A stretch of 64,000 nucleotides of DNA, taken from Octopus sinensis (lineage: Eukaryota). The DNA is taken from NCBI RefSeq assembly GCF_006345805.1, contig NW_021832139.1, forward strand, positions 1,466 through 65,465. The letters run 5' to 3'. Below, one piece after another: positions 56,965-64,000 of the stretch. How positions within the stretch are numbered: position 1 is the first letter of the stretch; each line of letters begins with the position of its first letter. Under the pieces are notes generated by a model. That model was not told the DNA's origin. It searched no databases and saw nothing but the letters and a program-made list of their open reading frames with translations. Position numbers and translations under genes: made by a program.

Positions 56965-58230
56965 TATCTCCGTTGCTTTTTGTTCTCTGCATGATACCCC
57001 TGACTTTGGTACATAGGAAAATAAACTATAGGGAAAGTCCCAAGCAATCAACCACCTCCTCTTCATGAATGATTTGAAACTGTACGGCTAAGATGAGACA
57101 TAAGTGAGTTTTTTGGTGAACACGGCCCACTGTTTTAGTGCTGATATTAGAATAGAATCGCGACTCAAGAAGTGCACAGTAATCTACCTAAAAAGAAGCG
57201 AGGTAGAGACTCTAGTAGGGATAGAATTACCGAATAGAGGCTTGATTAAACAAATTGAAACGGAAGTATATCAATATCTTGGTGTATTGGAGTTCAACGA
57301 GATAATGGAAAAGATAATTGACGATGGAGTATTTCCGAAGACAGAGGTTGGTGTTGCGCTCAAAATTGATTGGATGGGAATAAAATCCACGCCGTTAATA
57401 CTTGGGCGATAGCATCATTTCAGTATGGAGAGGGAATTATGAAATGGCAACAGAGGAAAGTGAAGAAAATTGATACCAACAACAGAAAATGTTGACAGTA
57501 CATGAAACCTTCCACCGTAAGAGTGACATCGTTAGGCTGTACTTGTCCAGAGGAAAGGATTGGAGAAGTTTGATCAGTTGCTATGACTGTATCGAAGAAG
57601 AGGAAAGCAGCTTAGTGTGGTATATAAAAAAATACTGTGGGAGCCACTGTTAAAACACACAAAGCCCGTCTCATTAAAACTGAAAATTGTTTAACTAAAT
57701 TTAAAATGGAAAAGAAAAAGTATGGACAGAAAAGAAAATGTACGGTCAGTTTGCAAGAGATGTGAACGCCAAGACAGATACAGACAACCGGTGTCTATGG
57801 ATGAGGAGGAGTGACCCGAAGATAGAGACTCGTGTGCGCAGCTCAGGAACAAGCGTTAAGGCCCAACTATATTAAGTGCAGAATAGACAACACTACCTAT
57901 AGCGACAGAATGTGCGATGAGAGGGGTGAAACGGTATGAAACATCGTTAGCGAATGTGCGAAATTGTCACGATGCAAATACACAAGCCGCCATGACAATG
58001 TGACAATAATGATCCATTCGGAGTTCTGTGGAAACCAGTGCATACAAAGAGCAAAGTCGTGGTATGAGAAAAATCTAGAAGTCACCGGAAATGAGAACTG
58101 CAAAATCATGTGGGATGCTAAGATCCAGAGCGATCACCCGACCAGACATCGGAAACCGGACATTGTTGTGGTGGATAAAAAAGGAAAGAACATGTATGAT
58201 AATCGACACAGCATGCCCCGTTGACAATAA
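56965..58230 (+). mobile_element. R4/Dong-like (REL endonuclease) non-LTR retrotransposon fragment
   Basis: Broken frames: SPLLFVLCMIPL, NHLLFMNDLKLYG (RT core), FSADI...KKC, RMCDERGETV*NIVSEC (Zn knuckle), RHDNV, WDAKIQSDHPTRHRKPDIVVVDKK (REL PD motif). Confidence 0.85.
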
Positions 58231-58248
58231 CTGTTGAGGATTATTATT

Positions 58249-58470
58249 AAGGCGGGAAACTGGCAAAATATTTAGCCCGCTGGACGAAATGCTTAGCGGC
58301 ATTTCGTCTGCTGCTACGTTCTGAGTTCAAGTTTCGCCGAGGTTGACTTTGCTTTTCATCCTTTCGGGGATTGATAAATTAAGTACCAGTGAATCACTAG
58401 GGTCGGTATAATCGACTAGTCCTCATCCTACAAATCTAGGGCCTTGTGCCTCCAGTAGAAAGGATTATTA
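58249..58470 (+). mobile_element. SINE family A (second, truncated copy at 58670-58790)
   Basis: A/B boxes, core and tail ggccttgtgcc...aggattatta. Confidence 0.75.
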
Positions 58471-58621
58471 TTATTATTTTGTTTTTCTTCTTCTTTCAAA
58501 TTTGCTTCCATTTCTTGCCGAGCGCCTTCCCGACTCCTAGGGCAATGAAACTCATAGTATACATTGGTAGGCCATTAAACCAAACTCAATAGTACGTTCA
58601 TTTAAATTTTTTTTTTTAAGG

Positions 58622-58671
<50 letters not shown>

Positions 58672-58899
58672 GGTGTCACGCTGGCAGAATATTTAGCCCG
58701 CTGGACGAAAAACTAGGCGGTATTCCGCCTGTCGCTACGTTTTCAGTAAAAATTTTGCCGAGTCCAACTTTGCCATTCACCCTTTCGGGGTAACTCCAAT
58801 GTTATTTTTCTTGGTGTCACAAGTAGAGTTTAATTGGAGTTTCTGCACACTGTACCTTGAAAAACAGCCACAAGAGATATAAGCCCTTTTCATTGTGGA

Positions 58900-59250
58900 A
58901 CAACATGAGTCAAGAGAATTTCATCAGGAGTCATAACAAATATTATGACTTGCACGGAAGCTAGGACGTGTAGAGATTTCCATTTGGTGTACGCAGCAGA
59001 ATGCACCAAGCACAACTTGATGTATGTTGTTTGTACAACAGAACAATAAGACAAAAGATTCAATGGCGCAGATATGGAGTCCGGCACAACAACAGCAGTT
59101 CGACTGAACTTGCCGAACATTTTACATCGAGCGGCTGCAATTTTGGAAAAAAACCTGAAAGCGCATCTTCTCAGAAAATATTCTGAATCTGCTACACATC
59201 CAGTCCTCAAAATGCAAGAGGAGCAATATGTCTGGGATGAATAATGTAGC
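58900..59250 (+). mobile_element. Degenerate Penelope-like GIY-YIG endonuclease fragment
   Basis: Frameshifted translation TCRDFHLVYAAECTKHNLMYVVCT.../RFNG/RYGVRHNNSSSTELAEHFTSSGCNF/KNLKAHLLRK, collinear with PLE GIY-YIG motifs. Confidence 0.62.
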
Positions 59251-59477
59251 GGGCGAATTTCGTATTTATACAAAACTGCTTCATTAAATATTCTTCTTTT
59301 CTTTTCTTTTTCCTTTTCTTTTTTCTCTTTCTTTTTTCTTTTGTAATCTTCATGTTTGTCCAATCACTTGCCGAGACACTCTCAGCATCCTAGGGCGAGT
59401 GAAGGATAAGAGATGTTATCGTATGACTGAAATCTTGTTGGGGGTGGGCAGGGTAGAATGACGGGCGAAGTAGGGAA

Positions 59478-59563
59478 ATGAATTGATAAGGTTTTTCTAA
59501 GGCTGTGAGCAGTACTTATCAGGAAAATCTTTTGGATTTCCCTGAGACATGGTGCTCCTGGGA

Positions 59564-59566
<3 letters not shown>
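59478..59566 (-). mobile_element. Short R4/Dong-like LINE extreme 3' fragment
   Basis: IPGAPCLREIQKIFLISTAHSLRKTLS matches the C-termini at 49.6 and 50.7 kb; abuts a (TAA)n array. Confidence 0.65.
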
Positions 59567-59626
<60 letters not shown>

Positions 59627-61001
59627 CATCATCATCATCATTATTATTATTATTATTTTTAAGCGCCGTTTGGATAAAGAATTGAAGCAAAACTATCTTG
59701 ATAGTGGGCTTAGTCCTCTAAGTACTAGGTCACGCTTATATTTGTGATATCTGTAGGACAGTTCTAGTTGGATCGACAATCGAAAACAAGAAATGTTGAT
59801 GCCACTTCAGCTAACCTTTGGTTATACATGACCTTACATGGCCCTCGCTAGACTGCAGCCAATTAGTAAACGAGAAACGTAATATATTTAAATTTACATT
59901 AAAATAAAATTAAATAAAATTAAATCTATAATTAATCTGAAATGATTTCCTTGTTATATTAATTTATCAATTTATTTTTTAATATTCTTTTCTGCTATTT
60001 AATGTCTTAAATATTCGAGGTTTGAGCCAAATTTTGGTATCATGCTTAACTTACCATGGTTTAAATTGGAACAAAATCTAATTAAAAAAAATTGAATAAC
60101 GACAAAAAGAAAATATTGGCGAAATAAAAATTGATAACAAAAATAATTTTAAATTAAAAAAACTCAATACAAAAAAAATTATATATTAAATAAAAGTTAA
60201 TCAATAATTGCAAGTAATAAACAAATAATTATTATTCTAGTGATTAATTTTTTTTCACATTTAGTGCAACCAGACACATCACTAACGTTGTCCTGTCTTT
60301 TATTCTCGCTTTTTTTCCCTACTTTTGCTTTGTATGTTTGCAAAAAATCTTAATATGTTTAGTTTAATTTATTAAAACAAATAGCAATATAAATGAAGTT
60401 TGATAAATGAAATAACGAGAATACGATGATTGTCTAAATTTTCAACGAGAGAAAAGAATATGTTATATTTATAGTTTTATAAATATTTGTAATTTACAAA
60501 TATTTGTATAAATATATATGTTTTTACCTGTTACCAATAAATGATTATTATTATGTTTATTTGAGGAGAAACGAAAAAAGAAAAAGGTGAAAGAAATAGA
60601 TTACGTATGTGTATACGTATACAAACTGAAGTCAACCCACCACTGTTTCTCACTCTCACTCCATCTCTGTTTCTGCCGCTACTCGTTATGCATGCATACA
60701 TACATACATACATACATACATACATACATACATACATACATACATTCATACATACATACACATACGTAGATCGATAGATAGATACATACATACATAGACA
60801 TATATATATATATATATTATATATATATATAATATATAGATATATATATATGGGTAGATTGACAGATAGGTCGATAGACATATATATATAAATATGCTGG
60901 TAGGGTAGATAGATAGATAGACATATACTTAGATAACTTAGATATGTTTCGACCAAAGACTGGTCCAGGCCATGTCTAACTTAATAGCACCACCTGACAG
61001 G

Positions 61002-61036
<35 letters not shown>

Positions 61037-61055
61037 AGAAAGAGAGAGATAGAAG

Positions 61056-61133
<78 letters not shown>

Positions 61134-61270
61134 CATGGATGTAAATTGGGATTTAGATTGTCATTATTCTTAAACAAGAATATTGACAGTGACTTCGAAG
61201 ATTCGGCCAATTAAGTCATCATTATAACTGACCATAGAAATAAACATTGCCAAGTATATATGGGTGTGTT

Positions 61271-61302
<32 letters not shown>

Positions 61303-61797
61303 TGTGAAAGTCAGTGTGAATGTGTGACTGTGAGTGGGTATTTGTGAATACAGAGAGAGAGAGACACACACACTCACACACACACACACATACACAACGA
61401 CAGCGACAGTCAGACAGATAGGCAGACAGGGAGAGAAAAAAGAAGAGACACAGAGAGAAAAGAAGGGAGAGAGAGAAAGAAAAAGGGAGAGAGAGAGGGA
61501 GAGAGAGAAAGAGAAAGAGGGACTGAAAGAGTATATGTATGTGCATGCGCACAAAATTATGCAAAATATAAAGAATACAGTTAAAAGTTTTCCGAAGAGT
61601 ATAGGAAGTAAAATATTCCAAACCAAAATACATGTATATGCGCATAGACATAGCCTAAACGCATGCGCGCACACACACACACACTCACACACACACTCAC
61701 ATACACACAAACGCACACACACACACTCACATACACACTCACATACACACAAACGCACACACACACCACACACACACACACACATATTTATATATAC

Positions 61798-61915
61798 ATA
61801 CGATGGGTTTTCACTTTTTGTCTACCAAATCCGTTCGCAAGGTTTTGATTAGCTGGGAACGATAGTAAGAGATACTCGCCCAAGGCTGCACCCAGTGAGA
61901 CTGAATACAGAGCCC
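61798..61915 (-). mobile_element. SINE family B head fragment, decayed
   Basis: cgatgggttttcacttttgtctaccaaatcc...gatactcgcccaagg...cagtgagactgaa. Confidence 0.5.
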
Positions 61916-61926
61916 TGCGTACACAC

Positions 61927-61977
<51 letters not shown>

Positions 61978-62194
61978 GATAGATACATACATACATACAT
62001 ACATACATACATACATACATACATACATACATACATGCATACATAAATACATATAGTCATACAAATAAACATACACTCACTCTTTCAAATTTTGCATTTC
62101 ATCCCAATGAAAGGTGAAGAAGTGTCTTTTAGGGTGTTGGATGAATTTCGTACACGCATTCAAGCATGTGCGAGCGCATGCGCATAAAAAACAT

Positions 62195-62230
<36 letters not shown>

Positions 62231-62376
62231 CCTTACACGTACAAACATATATTAGCACATCCATACACACTCACATACACACACACAAACACCTTCAAAC
62301 TTCCGTAAACACATGCGCCTCTAAGTACAGACACGCGCACCTACCAAACACACACAACAAACACACACATACACAC

Positions 62377-62434
<58 letters not shown>

Positions 62435-63339
62435 TTTGTTACGCTTTGCAAACAAAATTGGAACATGGTACTCAATAATTGGTGCACACAAAATGCTTCG
62501 TTATACGCACCGTTTGCGTTTACTCAACACCAGAAACGAAATATTATCACACTGCAGACACCTGAACAAATTCACCTCGACAAAAATAAAAAATACAACA
62601 ACTTAGCCTGAATTGCAGACCGTATAAATATCAGATGGCGTAATAATATTGGAGATAAAAGTGGCGACCCAGTTGCAATTAACACTGTGACAAGCAAGAC
62701 GCCGCACTGACTATTAATGCTAACAAACGAGCTGCCAACTCACAACAAAGCGGTACAGTAACATAATGTCAATTAGGTAGAATTTAGAGAAAACGAAAAG
62801 AACGATATCGTCTATGAACCATTAAGTAAATACAATAAAACTCTGTGATAAACAGATATTTTAAATAACTCGGTCAGTGATCAGTCTGAGGTTTGTTAGT
62901 CACTGCAGGCCCCAGGCACTCCATGTGAGAAGAAACTTGATGTGATCAATTAAACATCGCAGTCAAATAACCGAATCCATTCAAAGTGTAATATGGAAAA
63001 ATATTACAAACAGAAATAGGTAACATGTAACATTGAATTCTTCATAAAAAAACGAAAACCCCCAAACTGTAGAATAAGAATCGAAACAAATTATCGGTAC
63101 ACGATTATAAGTATATTTAATTAAGTGTATTTAATTTTGATGTTGCTCAGATAAGGACTGATAAATTAAGTATTTAGAAGATTAGGAGCCTGCAAGGAAT
63201 CATTGCTGGACAACAATCTGTATTGTCAGTCTTACTGTGCTTGAAACATATTGATTAATTAATGTTGTTCAAATAGATAAATGATTGATGACGTTCCAGC
63301 TACGACCACCCTCACGTTTATGTATATATGTATATATGT

Positions 63340-63374
<35 letters not shown>

Positions 63375-63377
63375 TAT

Positions 63378-63425
<48 letters not shown>

Positions 63426-64000
63426 GTATATTTATATGATTATATATATATGTGTGTGTACTCACACACACACATCAACGTATTCAGCCAGGTTCTAAAA
63501 TCTGCAGAGTGTGATTTCATGAAGATTTTCTCGTTAATTCTCGCACACTAATGGCGTAATATAAGTTTTGGCTGTGTTGCTGTTATTGGTATTACTATTC
63601 TTATTAAAAACCTTGCCGTTTTTTTATCCACAGTTCAAATCTAAATGAATAGAAAATAATCGAAGACGATCAATACCAGTCAATACTATCTTGTTTTTCT
63701 CAGACATTGTGTTTAGTATTGCATTATCTTGTTGCCTTCCATTTTTAGAAAGGCAGAGTGAGATTCAAATATGATTTGGTTCCCAGTTTTTGAAAATAAA
63801 ACTAAAATATAGACACACTTACGTTTGCCCGTAATAAAAGGTATTTTAAAGAATGTTTGAATACCAATGATTTACGAAAACTATTTGCTTCTGACAATTA
63901 TATTGTGAAGTATCATACTTTTGGTCTAGTTAATTTTAAGCCACCATATTTTAAAATTAAATCTAATAATAAAAGACGAATAATATGAGATTTACGAAGC

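Overview
AT-rich eukaryotic genomic DNA that is almost entirely intronic or intergenic and saturated with microsatellites ((AT)n, (AC)n, (ATCT)n, (ATAC)n, (TTA)n, (GAT)n) and transposon relics. The SINE repertoire and microsatellite load resemble an octopus (coleoid cephalopod) genome; this is inference from recalled repeat families, not a search result. The only well-supported host coding sequence is two 117-nt, phase-1/phase-1 Gly-X-Y collagen exons on the minus strand (56848-56732 and 54809-54693). Recognisable mobile DNA includes several tRNA-derived SINE families, R4/Dong-like and RTE LINE fragments, two mariner remnants, non-autonomous Helitron-like elements and two Penelope-like (PLE) GIY-YIG endonuclease fragments. 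The most notable structure is the 3' end of a PLE just downstream of the collagen exon: an open GIY-YIG frame followed by a minimal type I hammerhead ribozyme motif with a U3-A8 core covariation, in the same sense as the collagen transcript. Further hammerhead-like mini-elements, a near-perfect 383-bp foldback and several shorter inverted repeats are also present. Most ORFs in the supplied track are microsatellite artefacts. Coordinates of decayed repeats are approximate.
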